The notes under the pieces: model-generated
The model's database searches: none
Told to the model about the DNA's origin: nothing
Seen by the model: the letters and a program-made list of their open reading frames with translations, nothing else
In this document: piece by piece, positions 40,929-50,299 of the stretch
How the letters are laid out: the number at the start of each line of letters is the position of its first letter
How positions within the stretch are numbered: position 1 is the first letter of the stretch
IMG/VR virus record: IMGVR_UViG_3300007276_000045
Coordinates: 8,735 to 72,734 of that record
Strand: one strand, 5' to 3'
Length of the DNA: 64,000 bases
DNA from: a virus
Position numbers and translations under genes: made by a program

Positions 40929-41841
40929 GGTAGTACAGCGGACTTATAATTGTCTGATTTAGCAAGGTGTATTTTACTTGCACGCTATACGTCCCTGTCA
41001 AACTTCCAAAAGTTCCGTTCGTGAAGCTGGACAACCCGTTAATTTGGGTCGTGTCCCAGTTCATGATAATAGTATTATCTTTAGTAATAGTAGTTGTTGA
41101 GTCAGCAAACGAGGATACTGTAAAGGGACCATCAAAGTTGTGGTCTTGGTTGACCTTCTTGATCTCCATCGTTGCGCTAGTAATTACAGAGTCTTTGAAG
41201 ATATTCTGAACAGTGTCAGTCATGCCTTCATTCTGAACTGTAGTCTCAGTACTTACCTTAAGATCAATCTTCTCCCCGAGCCTAACCTTCTTATTCATTA
41301 ATTTGTTAGAAGTGGTTAGCAGCAGCGGTTCCGTGAAGGCGAAGAAGGTATCTTCATGCAGGCTGAAGTGGTTTGTAATTACTTGATACTTAGATGCTGA
41401 ATCTAATTTGACCGTCCAAAGGTCAACGTAGTCACCTACAGAAGAAAGGCTAGAAACGCAAAGCTCTGTGGAGGAGTTGGTATCATACCCAGAAAGGGAT
41501 AAAGTCTGGTCCAGAACAACAACGTAGTCCCCCGTCCCAACTTTATAAATTCCACTAGCTGTGACAGAGGGTATGTAATTACTGCTGTCAAAGTTATCAT
41601 GAGAAGTGAGGGTCTGCCCCGAAGCCCCGTATGTCATTAAGGGTGTAGAGCTAACGAGGTTCTCACTATCGAGTACTGTATTAGGGGTTAAAGTAGAGGA
41701 CTTAGTGAATAGTTGGACTGAGCTAATCTCATAAGGATCAACGTATGCCCCGTCATTTATAAAGAAGACGCGCAACCCTACTCGCTGGCTCACGTTAGGG
41801 CGATTTCCTCTATCTACGATTACTGTGTTGTTGACTTGCAC
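40915..41841 (-). CDS. Hypothetical beta-rich virion protein
   Basis: 308 aa, Ser/Thr-rich; GTG start preceded by GAGGA. Confidence 0.55.
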   Translation of the reverse strand: MQVNNTVIVDRGNRPNVSQRVGLRVFFINDGAYVDPYEISSVQLFTKSSTLTPNTVLDSENLVSSTPLMTYGASGQTLTSHDNFDSSNYIPSVTASGIYKVGTGDYVVVLDQTLSLSGYDTNSSTELCVSSLSSVGDYVDLWTVKLDSASKYQVITNHFSLHEDTFFAFTEPLLLTTSNKLMNKKVRLGEKIDLKVSTETTVQNEGMTDTVQNIFKDSVITSATMEIKKVNQDHNFDGPFTVSSFADSTTTITKDNTIIMNWDTTQINGLSSFTNGTFGSLTGTYSVQVKYTLLNQTIISPLYYLTVS

Positions 41842-42004
41842 GCTTTTCCTCTTCTATTTCTTGGCTGAAAAACTCTAAGAACGCCGACCGATCCGCTCGG
41901 CTCATGTCCTTTACGTCCGCATAGCTGAATCTGACATGCTTCACAAGTATATAGGCTTCATGAAGCAAGTCTTTTAAATTAAAAGACTCAGCTATTTGCT
42001 CGAA
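41810..42004 (-). CDS. gp51-like tail/baseplate chaperone extension, probably reached by -1 frameshift
   Basis: Open -1 frame after GAT TTT TTT TCG reads FEQIAESFNLKDLLHEAYILVKHVRFSYADVKDMSRADRSAFLEFF...*, resembling the Y.L..H...S..D...M...ER pattern of chaperone C-terminal extensions. Confidence 0.6.
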   Translation of the reverse strand, partial: FEQIAESFNLKDLLHEAYILVKHVRFSYADVKDMSRADRSAFLEFFSQEIEEEKRASQQHSNRR

Positions 42005-42762
42005 AAAAAATCCGCTGTAATCGGTAGCTCCATACTTTCAACATGATCGCAGTATGAACAGGCAAATCTCACATTAGTATCAATGCCATAATTCGTGCAA
42101 CCTAATGCTTCCATAATAATGTGAGCATCTTTGATAGGTAATTGAGGAACTACCTTAGAGATAACAGATTTAGCATCGTATCCTCCAATGCTAACAATAA
42201 ATCTCCACAAGTTATTTAGTGTGGTCTCTGAGTTAGTAAAGTATCTTTCATCTTCAACACGCGGAATCTTAACAACTACCTCCTTTTTTAGGATAGGCAG
42301 TTGGACTTTCATGGGATTGGTAAGCTCTTCATCAGCGTAATTAACATTAAACGTGTCCAGTGCAAACACTACATTGTTTTCCGACTTACAACTTGGGCAG
42401 TTAATAGTAACATGGTAGTTTGGTCCGTAGGAAATCTCTCGTAGCTTCATTAGCATGTAGAGTTTATCCATCTGCAAAAGCTGTGCAATGTCAATATTGG
42501 TCACACACCTAGCCAGTAGCTTATTAATGATATCACTCCCCCCGTCTTTCTTAGACAACATGCTCTTTTCATCCGCAAAACTCATTGGGCGCATCGTAAT
42601 TGGCATACTAGGGTCTTGAAGAGTGTAAAAACGGTTCTTTGAAGGAAGGTCTACCTCGATAGCATCGTTAGATGGCATCTCTTTCAAGATATCATCAATA
42701 ATAGACTGGTCACCTTGGGGGAACTTCGTCTCTTTTGGATTTGGGTTGGTTGGTTCTGACAT
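41992..42762 (-). CDS. gp26: Baseplate hub / tail assembly chaperone (T4 gp26-like)
   Basis: V.LPS...FY, MRPM...DE, D..Y.L.KLREISYG..Y, CPSC...C..C and PI.ADFF C-terminus. Confidence 0.8.
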   Translation of the reverse strand: MSEPTNPNPKETKFPQGDQSIIDDILKEMPSNDAIEVDLPSKNRFYTLQDPSMPITMRPMSFADEKSMLSKKDGGSDIINKLLARCVTNIDIAQLLQMDKLYMLMKLREISYGPNYHVTINCPSCKSENNVVFALDTFNVNYADEELTNPMKVQLPILKKEVVVKIPRVEDERYFTNSETTLNNLWRFIVSIGGYDAKSVISKVVPQLPIKDAHIIMEALGCTNYGIDTNVRFACSYCDHVESMELPITADFFSSK

Positions 42763-42809
42763 AAAAAATACTCCTACTGCGGTACACAGAGCTATTCTAT
42801 AATAGTCTG

Positions 42810-44186
42810 ATGAAGATCCATATAAACACTCTAAAATCTAGGATAGAAACGGATAACCAATCTCTCCTTGATGCGTTATATAGCCTATACTCTGAAAAAA
42901 CTCCCGGATACCAATATTCTCCCGCGTACAAGCGGCGACAATGGGACGGGAATATGCACTTTATCACTAAAACAGGCACATTTAGGACTGGATTGTTAAA
43001 TAAGGTGTTAGAAGACCTTGAGAAGATTGGTTGTACACCTGAGCTTTGCTATGAAAATGCACAAAAAGTGGACACTTCTACACAAAACTACGAAATTGAT
43101 AACTTTTCCTACTACTCGTACCAAAAAGAGCTAATTGAAAAAGGTTTAGAGGAACAGCGCGGAATCATAAAATCCCCTACAGGGTCTGGAAAAACACTAA
43201 TTATGGCTGGATTGGTTAAAGCACTGGCTGGAAGGAAAATGGTGCTTCTTTTTAACGCAAAACAGCTACTTACACAAAGTTATGATTTTCTTACTAAAAC
43301 TTGTGGGATGGATAATATTGGCCTTTGTTTTGGTGAGGGTTATATTTACGGTGATATTATGCTTTGTACTGTCCAGAGCATTGAAAAAATTCTAGACACG
43401 CACTTGGAAGAAGCCGAAGTTTTGATGGTAGATGAGTGTCATGAGTTTGGAAACGGCAAGACTACACTAGCTGCCCTACAAGCCTTCCCTAAGGCCCTGT
43501 ATCGCTTTGGGTTCACCGCAACGCCACCATCCGACAAGATACCCAAGTTGAACCTAGAGGGTGCTCTAGGGCCTGTGTGGGCCTCTGTGGAGACTGCTGG
43601 TCTTGTGGAGTCAGGAAAGCTCACTAAACCCATTATTCAACTGATTGATAGACCTTACACGGCAAGTGGGGCAGACGAAGATATGTCCTATCTTGAGGCA
43701 TATGATGAGTACATTGTCTATAACGAAGATAGGAATAATATAATTAAGGATGTAGTTAATGAAATTAGAAAAAACAACAAACAATCTCGCATACTTATAC
43801 TTACCAAATCACTTGATCATGGAAGAACCTTGGAGGAGTTGCTTGGAGACGGGCCAGTTCAGTTTCTACAGGGTGAAAACTCGCTCGGAGACAGGTATCA
43901 GAGTATTGCTAAGTTCCTCGGACATAAAGAATCTAGTGTCCTTATTGGCACTAAAATTCTCCAAACAGGAATCAACATTGAGGAAATCACCCACTTCATT
44001 AACGCAAGAGGGATGAAGTCTGAAATAGCAACCCTACAGGCTCTGGGAAGAGCCTTACGCCGACACGAATCTAAGGACAAAGTATTTGTATACGATTTCT
44101 TAGATAAAGAAAAATACCTTCGCGAGCACTCTAATGCTAGACGAAGGCACTACAAGAAAGAAGGACATGAGGTACGCACAATATGA
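42810..44186 (+). CDS. uvsW: SF2 DNA helicase (UvsW-like)
   Basis: YSPAYKRRQWDG, SPTGSGKT (Walker A), VDECH (Walker B), GFTAT and LQALGRALR motifs. Confidence 0.9.
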   Translation: MKIHINTLKSRIETDNQSLLDALYSLYSEKTPGYQYSPAYKRRQWDGNMHFITKTGTFRTGLLNKVLEDLEKIGCTPELCYENAQKVDTSTQNYEIDNFSYYSYQKELIEKGLEEQRGIIKSPTGSGKTLIMAGLVKALAGRKMVLLFNAKQLLTQSYDFLTKTCGMDNIGLCFGEGYIYGDIMLCTVQSIEKILDTHLEEAEVLMVDECHEFGNGKTTLAALQAFPKALYRFGFTATPPSDKIPKLNLEGALGPVWASVETAGLVESGKLTKPIIQLIDRPYTASGADEDMSYLEAYDEYIVYNEDRNNIIKDVVNEIRKNNKQSRILILTKSLDHGRTLEELLGDGPVQFLQGENSLGDRYQSIAKFLGHKESSVLIGTKILQTGINIEEITHFINARGMKSEIATLQALGRALRRHESKDKVFVYDFLDKEKYLREHSNARRRHYKKEGHEVRTI

Positions 44187-44410
44187 AAACCCCCGATGAA
44201 ATTAAGGAAAGCAAAAGTAAGTTTAACACATCAGAGATTAGCGATTTAAGTTGGCTATCGGCTGAGTTGGAAACTTTTATTAAGGATGACGAGGTTAGTG
44301 TCCAAGGACTACAAACACTGGAGAACATGACCAACACTCTTAATAACTTTAAGCGGACGTATACTCAACGTATCATCCGCTTATTAAAGAGTGCTCACAT
44401 AGTAGACTAG
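44183..44410 (+). CDS. Hypothetical protein (75 aa)
   Basis: ATGA overlap with the helicase stop; GAGG upstream. Confidence 0.6.
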   Translation: MKTPDEIKESKSKFNTSEISDLSWLSAELETFIKDDEVSVQGLQTLENMTNTLNNFKRTYTQRIIRLLKSAHIVD

Positions 44411-44649
44411 TTACCCTCAGCGATTCCGGGAATCTTAATATTTGGGTTCTCCATTTTAAGCCTAAGCCCCCAGTTCTCCATGTCCCGCACGGTCCACTGA
44501 TCTTCAAGCTTCTGCTCTAATGTGTCGAGCTTATAATTAATGTTAGTAAGCTGAGTGCTTATCCAGACTACACCTCCACAGAGGGCAATCACCATGCCCA
44601 GTGGCATTAGAGTCTCTTTCGAGAGTGTAAGTGTTTTTGTTTTTTCCAT
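44407..44649 (-). CDS. Small single-TM protein with coiled coil
   Basis: LMPLGMVIALCGGVVWI hydrophobic segment followed by a heptad pattern. Confidence 0.6.
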   Translation of the reverse strand: MEKTKTLTLSKETLMPLGMVIALCGGVVWISTQLTNINYKLDTLEQKLEDQWTVRDMENWGLRLKMENPNIKIPGIAEGN

Positions 44650-46583
44650 TATGCTATTCTGACGATACTCACGGTGGTACCAGATTTAAACGCGCAATTC
44701 CCTGTACTGGCTGTAGCGGTAAATTCGATGTCCCACGAAGTTCTACCTACTTGTCCTACCCACTCTAGTGTCATACATTGAGGTGAAATAACCGAGTAAC
44801 TGTTATTAGCGATAGTATGCTTAGTACTACCATTAATATCTAGATCAATAGTAACAGTAGGGTTGACAGCACTGTTTGAAACTATCGCACACAGTAGAAC
44901 TCTGTAGACTCCAGTCCCTGTGCCAACTCGCCATGCTGCCGGAGTTGAACCATCTGGGTCTTTGGTAAACGTCAAGAAGGTGTCATCACCTGCTGCTGCG
45001 CCAGTTGGGATACTCTTTACTGTAGCCGTATCCCCGTCAGAAGATAAACCTTGTCCTAGATTGGAGATTGTTGCGTTATTTGAATCGCCAAGGAATCTAG
45101 TCCATAGGAACTCCCCATGCATGTGTGGAGCAGCCCAGTTTTCAGAAATAGTGGCTACAGTACCATCATAATCAACAGTGCCAGTCGTGGAATAGGATAA
45201 AGGAGCATTAGTATCAATAGCCACACCTGAGAGATTAATACTTTTAGCAAAGTTACCCACTCCAGACACGTTCAAGCCAGCGTTAGTCTTTAGTCCAGCG
45301 GTAGTAACGATCCCTCTAAAAGTTGCAGCAATCGAATTAAACTGGTTGGAGGGAACATCTCCACTATCTTCAGGGTCAGCATCGCCAGCAAAGTATGTAA
45401 TGGGCAGACCTGTAACATCTAAGATAGTGTTATCACTCTTTCTAATCTTGTCTGCTGCAATATGCCCAGACCCAGTAGCGGCAAGAGTTTGCCCTGAAAT
45501 AAAGAGAAGAGTTACGGGACTATTTCCATCACTACCTTCAATAAAGTTGCCATCACTACCAAATACACCTTGCGAAAAATCGAACTCGGCACCGACTTGA
45601 TCACCCGGAGTAACGATTCCAAGAGCAACATCATTCATAGGTCTCAACCCGTAGGATGAACCCTCTGCGTTCGGCATGAATTTAAATACTTGTCCACCTC
45701 TAGGGTTAGGGCCTGTAAATTTAAACTCTCCTGTTAGGTTAGTGGGCATGGAAAGTCCAGCAACGACAATCCTATCCTTTGGACCCGCATCTCCCTGAGC
45801 ACCTTGAGTACCTTGAGCACCCTGAGAACCAGTATCACCAACAACCTTACCTAGCTCCTCAAGTAAAGTACTACCATCTGGCTTAATGAAGTCCACAAAA
45901 AGACTAGGACCAGAGATCCTCGCCCTAGTAAACCCTGATCCTGCTGAACCAGCCGCGCCATCATTTCCATTAGATCCATTATCACCAACAACCTTACCTA
46001 GCTCTTCAAGTAAAGTACTACCATCGGGTTTAATGAAGTCCACAAAAAGACTAGGACCAACGATCCTCGCCCTAGTATACCCTGATCCTGCTGATCCGTC
46101 AGACCCGTTAGTACCGTTAGATCCATTATCACCAACAACCTTACCTAGCTCTTCAAGTAAAGTACTACCATCGGGCTTAATGAAGTCCACAAAAAGGCTC
46201 GGGCCAACGATCCTCGCCCTAGTATACCCTGATCCTGCTGAACCATCCGAACCATCCGAACCATTAGATCCATTATCACCAACAACCTTACCTAGCTCTT
46301 CGAGTAAAGTACTACCATCTGGCTTAATGAAGTCCACAAAAAGGGTTGGACCCAAGATCTGCGCCCTAGTATACCCTGATCCTGCTGATCCGTCAGACCC
46401 GTTAGTACCCGCTGGCCCTTGTGGGCCTTGTGGGCCTTGTGGGCCTTGAGCACCCGCGCCACCTGAGCCTCCCGAATACATCCCACAAATGGGAGCACAG
46501 ATCTCGTCCCCTGCGGGTAGCTCCTCGAAGATAATCTGCCCGTTAGCGTCAGTCCCTAATACAAGAGGTATGCGATCTGCCAC
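44649..46583 (-). CDS. Collagen-like fibre protein with four 49-aa tandem repeats
   Basis: GPQGPQGPQ and GAQGTQGAQ triplets; repeated GSAGSGYTRA.I.GP.LFVDFIKPDGSTLLEELGKVVGD. Confidence 0.75.
   Translation of the reverse strand: MADRIPLVLGTDANGQIIFEELPAGDEICAPICGMYSGGSGGAGAQGPQGPQGPQGPAGTNGSDGSAGSGYTRAQILGPTLFVDFIKPDGSTLLEELGKVVGDNGSNGSDGSDGSAGSGYTRARIVGPSLFVDFIKPDGSTLLEELGKVVGDNGSNGTNGSDGSAGSGYTRARIVGPSLFVDFIKPDGSTLLEELGKVVGDNGSNGNDGAAGSAGSGFTRARISGPSLFVDFIKPDGSTLLEELGKVVGDTGSQGAQGTQGAQGDAGPKDRIVVAGLSMPTNLTGEFKFTGPNPRGGQVFKFMPNAEGSSYGLRPMNDVALGIVTPGDQVGAEFDFSQGVFGSDGNFIEGSDGNSPVTLLFISGQTLAATGSGHIAADKIRKSDNTILDVTGLPITYFAGDADPEDSGDVPSNQFNSIAATFRGIVTTAGLKTNAGLNVSGVGNFAKSINLSGVAIDTNAPLSYSTTGTVDYDGTVATISENWAAPHMHGEFLWTRFLGDSNNATISNLGQGLSSDGDTATVKSIPTGAAAGDDTFLTFTKDPDGSTPAAWRVGTGTGVYRVLLCAIVSNSAVNPTVTIDLDINGSTKHTIANNSYSVISPQCMTLEWVGQVGRTSWDIEFTATASTGNCAFKSGTTVSIVRIA
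45830..46410. repeat. 147-bp tandem repeat, four copies, within the fibre gene
   Basis: AATGAAGTCCACAAAA recurs at 45885, 46032, 46179 and 46326 (period 147). Confidence 0.9.
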
Positions 46584-46586
46584 TTA

Positions 46587-48371
46587 TTAACCCTCTTGTG
46601 ATTCGTCCTCGTCCTCGTCTTCGGATTCTTGCTCAGGCTCATCACCTTTCATACCTGCGAGCAACTCATCCATATCCTTCAAAGCCTCTAAGAACTCTTC
46701 CTTCTTCATTGGCTCTGCTTTTTCCTCTGAGTCCTCGGTTTCTGGTACGACTGGTTCCTCAGCCTCTTCTTTTACCTTCTTCTTCTTCTTCTTTTTAGAT
46801 TCGGTTTTCTCATCAGGGCCTTCCTCGCCACCCTCTTCAGAGTCAGCGTCATCATCATCTCCACCACCACCTCCAGCGGTACTGAATGGAGCAGGCTTGG
46901 AGAACTCAGCAGCACCTTCCTGTGCTTTTTGGACTGAATCGTCTTCCATATCGGCTTCACTGGCTGGGTCTTTTTCATCGGCCTCAGCCTTCTTCTTCTG
47001 CTTCTCTTGTTCAATACCCAACTTATCCTTCTCAATCACCTTAGCCTTGTCGTGCAGAAGCTTGGCCTTAGCCTTTTCAAGAAGCTCTTGGGTGTTAACA
47101 TTCTCATCTAAGATATCTTCAAACGAGATGCTTTCAGCTAGGGTAAAGTCTTCACAGAAGGAAGTATACCCACAAGTTTCAAAGCATTCTTGCAGAACAT
47201 CATTAACATCAATAACCTCTACACCGTTTTTCTTCTTCAGGAGTAAAGCAACTTCTGATAACGTGGACTTAACAACGCTACCTTTAGGAGCTAATCGGGA
47301 GAGAGCTTCAAAAATCACAACTTGCGTATTGGCTAGGCTAGAGAACGTAGCCGTTTCCTTAAGGTTCTGGACATTAATACCGTACTTCTCATTTAGAAGA
47401 TTAAGGATAATCTGCTTAAGAGGCTTCTTCATCTCGTAGATTCTAGAGCTAAACTCTTTAATATCCTTAGCGGAGATTGCGTTATGATCGGTTAAGCTAA
47501 AAGCGTTAGTAAGACTCTCGTTTAGTTGACGCTTAGTAGTTAGTGCGAGAAAGGGAACATCCACAACGGCTTCGACTAGCGACTCAAGAACTGTCTCATC
47601 GTTATCTTCAAAGAGTAAGCTAGCGAGTTGGCGAATATGGGGGTTAGTAGCCCAAACATCTTCAAAGTTCTTCTTGGATTCAAGAAGTTCCTTCTTTACA
47701 AGCTCTTGCTTGCAGACCAAATCGTAAACCGACTTGTTGATCCCTTTAGCGACACGGTAGCTGCCTGATTCTTGAAGAGCTTCGAAAGATAGACGCGGGA
47801 AGTTAAAGGCTCTCGATACGGAGTCAGAAAGTTTAATCGAGTTCTCTACTTCTTGTACCTTTTGCACCGTCTCACGGTTTTCTTCAAGGAACTCCACGAT
47901 CTGAGGCATAATCTCTAGGAATCGTTGGAACTGCTCAGTGTTAACGATGTCTTGGCTATCACCGAAAACAGCAGACTTCTCATCTAATCGCTTCTTCACG
48001 TTCTGGAACTTCAACCGATTCTCCCAAAGGGACAAAAGCTCGTTGAAGCTGCCGTCAGCATCATTGTAGCGATCCTCATTTAGATCCCCAACAAAATAAC
48101 TAACCTTTCGATCCACAAAGCTGTCGAACACTTCGTTGTCTGAGAAGATCTCAGAATCTTGGATAGTGATGTTGCTAAAGGCTAAATCCTCTTGGCAATC
48201 ATAGTTACCTGAAATAACCTTACCATTTTCAGTAAGGTAGGCTACTTTTTGGTCTTCACTATCAATAGAGAACAACTCTACATTTTCTCGTAAAGATCTA
48301 CCTAAGCAATCACCTAACTTAAGTAGGTTCGTAACGGTTGTGTTTCTGTTTTCGAATAAATGATCAAACAT
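46587..48371 (-). CDS. Hypothetical head-associated protein with acidic C-terminus
   Basis: 594 aa helical ORF directly downstream of the portal; AAGGAG upstream. Confidence 0.6.
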   Translation of the reverse strand: MFDHLFENRNTTVTNLLKLGDCLGRSLRENVELFSIDSEDQKVAYLTENGKVISGNYDCQEDLAFSNITIQDSEIFSDNEVFDSFVDRKVSYFVGDLNEDRYNDADGSFNELLSLWENRLKFQNVKKRLDEKSAVFGDSQDIVNTEQFQRFLEIMPQIVEFLEENRETVQKVQEVENSIKLSDSVSRAFNFPRLSFEALQESGSYRVAKGINKSVYDLVCKQELVKKELLESKKNFEDVWATNPHIRQLASLLFEDNDETVLESLVEAVVDVPFLALTTKRQLNESLTNAFSLTDHNAISAKDIKEFSSRIYEMKKPLKQIILNLLNEKYGINVQNLKETATFSSLANTQVVIFEALSRLAPKGSVVKSTLSEVALLLKKKNGVEVIDVNDVLQECFETCGYTSFCEDFTLAESISFEDILDENVNTQELLEKAKAKLLHDKAKVIEKDKLGIEQEKQKKKAEADEKDPASEADMEDDSVQKAQEGAAEFSKPAPFSTAGGGGGDDDDADSEEGGEEGPDEKTESKKKKKKKVKEEAEEPVVPETEDSEEKAEPMKKEEFLEALKDMDELLAGMKGDEPEQESEDEDEDESQEG

Positions 48372-48421
48372 TTCTAACTCCTTGTCTTTTATAATAGACC
48401 ATGTTTATATAGTAAAGCTAC

Positions 48422-50299
48422 TTAGATATTATTTTGGGGATTTCGTACATTTCTGTTCATAACCCTATCTAACGCTTTTGTTTTAGTGGAACCGCTACCA
48501 GATTCAGAAATTATTTTCTTCTTAAGTCTAGCAAGAGCGGCATGAGTTTTGGGATCAATGGATTCCTTCTTAGGCTTGGCCTTTTCGACTTCCATTTGTC
48601 TTTCAGCATCAGCCTGTTTAGAACCTTCATCACGGTCAGCATCAGCGTCCTTACCCTTCTGCTCGCGATCCATGTCCTTGTCTTTGTTTTGTTGGTCAAG
48701 ACCAGACTGCTGTTCAGCCTCTCCCTGCTGATCTGCTGCTTCCTCTTCTTTCTCTTTCTTAAGCTCCTCCTGCATCTGCTGGATTTGCTCCTCAGTCATG
48801 TCGTAGAACTCTTTATAGATGGTAGATTTAGGAAAAATACCTAAGCCCACAACTGCCTGTACTACGCGAGCTTTTTGCTCATCAATTTCCATTTTTCTCT
48901 TAGTAAATACATCACTAGGGTCTGGAAGCTGGATACGAAGTTCTTTAAACATGCTGGCTGGGTAACCTACAAGAGCAAGGTGTCTACGAGCAATCTGCTC
49001 TAAGCCCATCTCCATTTGCTGTTGAACGCGACTAATAACGCGAGCAAACTTAGCATCTAATTGTGACAGGTTCGCCTTACGCTCAGGGGACTTATCCTTC
49101 TCAACAATGTAATCCTTCGGAACCTTCAGTGCAGCCAGAAGCTTATCACGGAAGTACCTTACATCATCAACCTCACCTAAGTTTTGTGCGCCGGGGAGCG
49201 TGTCAATCTTAGTGCCTTGGTTTCCTCTTGTGGGAACGAAAAAGTCCTCATCAGCACTAAGTGGGTTGTAGCGAGAATCAACAGTGCCATCATTAGCGTT
49301 GTAGTATTTTTCCTTCTTGAACTTCTCCTTTACCTTTTCGATGAACATCTCAGCTTTGGTAGCTGGCATGTTGGCAACGTCAATGTAGAAAATTCTTCTT
49401 TCAGGTGCTCTAGCTAGACGGTAGATAAGCATCGCATCTTCCATAAGCTTGAGAGAGCGGAATACTCGAACAGCTAGGGCTGCAATAGACTTACCGTATG
49501 GGTAGAATGCAGGGTCAGAAGTTCTAAGCCTAAAGTGTACAATCTGGTTTCTATCTAAAGTGATATACTTAGAACTAGCCATATTACCAGCCATGCTACC
49601 AAATGCTTGCCAATCATTATCCTCTGGAATCTCTTGCAAGAAATCCGTAAGGTAGCCGTATTCATTCTCCACCCGAATAATAAAGTTAGGGTTTAGAACC
49701 TTTAGCCTTTGCAATCCTCTTTTTGGATGATTAACATCGAGAACCGTTTCGATAAAGCAGTCCCCATATTTGCAGGTATTTCTGATGATATCCCAGTAGT
49801 CCCTATCTAGCTGAATCTTCTTGAAGCACTTATTTACCTCATCCACAACCATCTGGCTATCAGCAAGAACAGTCCATCTCTCGTTACGCAGATTTTTTTG
49901 AGTCGAATCGTCAGCATAGATATCAAATGCAACCCCGATTTCGGGATAATCATCCATCTCCTCATACTTTGTATAACGCTCCCTCCTGTTCTTCTCCAGT
50001 TCAGGAAGCTGCAATGTGGTCCTACTAAGAGCACCAAGAGCGGGGAGAGTATCGGGCTTGACAGTATCGACATTCTGTACCGTGTCTCCAGCTAGGGTGG
50101 CTTGAGGAGTTACCCCATCATCTGCCTGCTTTGCCATATAAGGCGCAGCCTTTGTAGCAAAGAATCTAGCGAGGAATTGGCCTAACCGACCTGACGGCCA
50201 GAAGTAAGGACCAGTGTTACTATCAGGTGTGTTTGAGAATTTAGTATTGCCGATGGCATCCTCATTTAACTTGTCTTCGTCTTTTATTTCATCAGCCAT
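48422..50299 (-). CDS. gp20: Portal protein (T4 gp20-like)
   Basis: YEEMD.YPEI..A.DIYADD, L.LMEDAMLIYRL.RAPERRIFYIDV, EDFFVP.RG..GTKIDTLPG.QNLG and YFR.KL..ALKVP motifs. Confidence 0.96.
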   Translation of the reverse strand: MADEIKDEDKLNEDAIGNTKFSNTPDSNTGPYFWPSGRLGQFLARFFATKAAPYMAKQADDGVTPQATLAGDTVQNVDTVKPDTLPALGALSRTTLQLPELEKNRRERYTKYEEMDDYPEIGVAFDIYADDSTQKNLRNERWTVLADSQMVVDEVNKCFKKIQLDRDYWDIIRNTCKYGDCFIETVLDVNHPKRGLQRLKVLNPNFIIRVENEYGYLTDFLQEIPEDNDWQAFGSMAGNMASSKYITLDRNQIVHFRLRTSDPAFYPYGKSIAALAVRVFRSLKLMEDAMLIYRLARAPERRIFYIDVANMPATKAEMFIEKVKEKFKKEKYYNANDGTVDSRYNPLSADEDFFVPTRGNQGTKIDTLPGAQNLGEVDDVRYFRDKLLAALKVPKDYIVEKDKSPERKANLSQLDAKFARVISRVQQQMEMGLEQIARRHLALVGYPASMFKELRIQLPDPSDVFTKRKMEIDEQKARVVQAVVGLGIFPKSTIYKEFYDMTEEQIQQMQEELKKEKEEEAADQQGEAEQQSGLDQQNKDKDMDREQKGKDADADRDEGSKQADAERQMEVEKAKPKKESIDPKTHAALARLKKKIISESGSGSTKTKALDRVMNRNVRNPQNNI

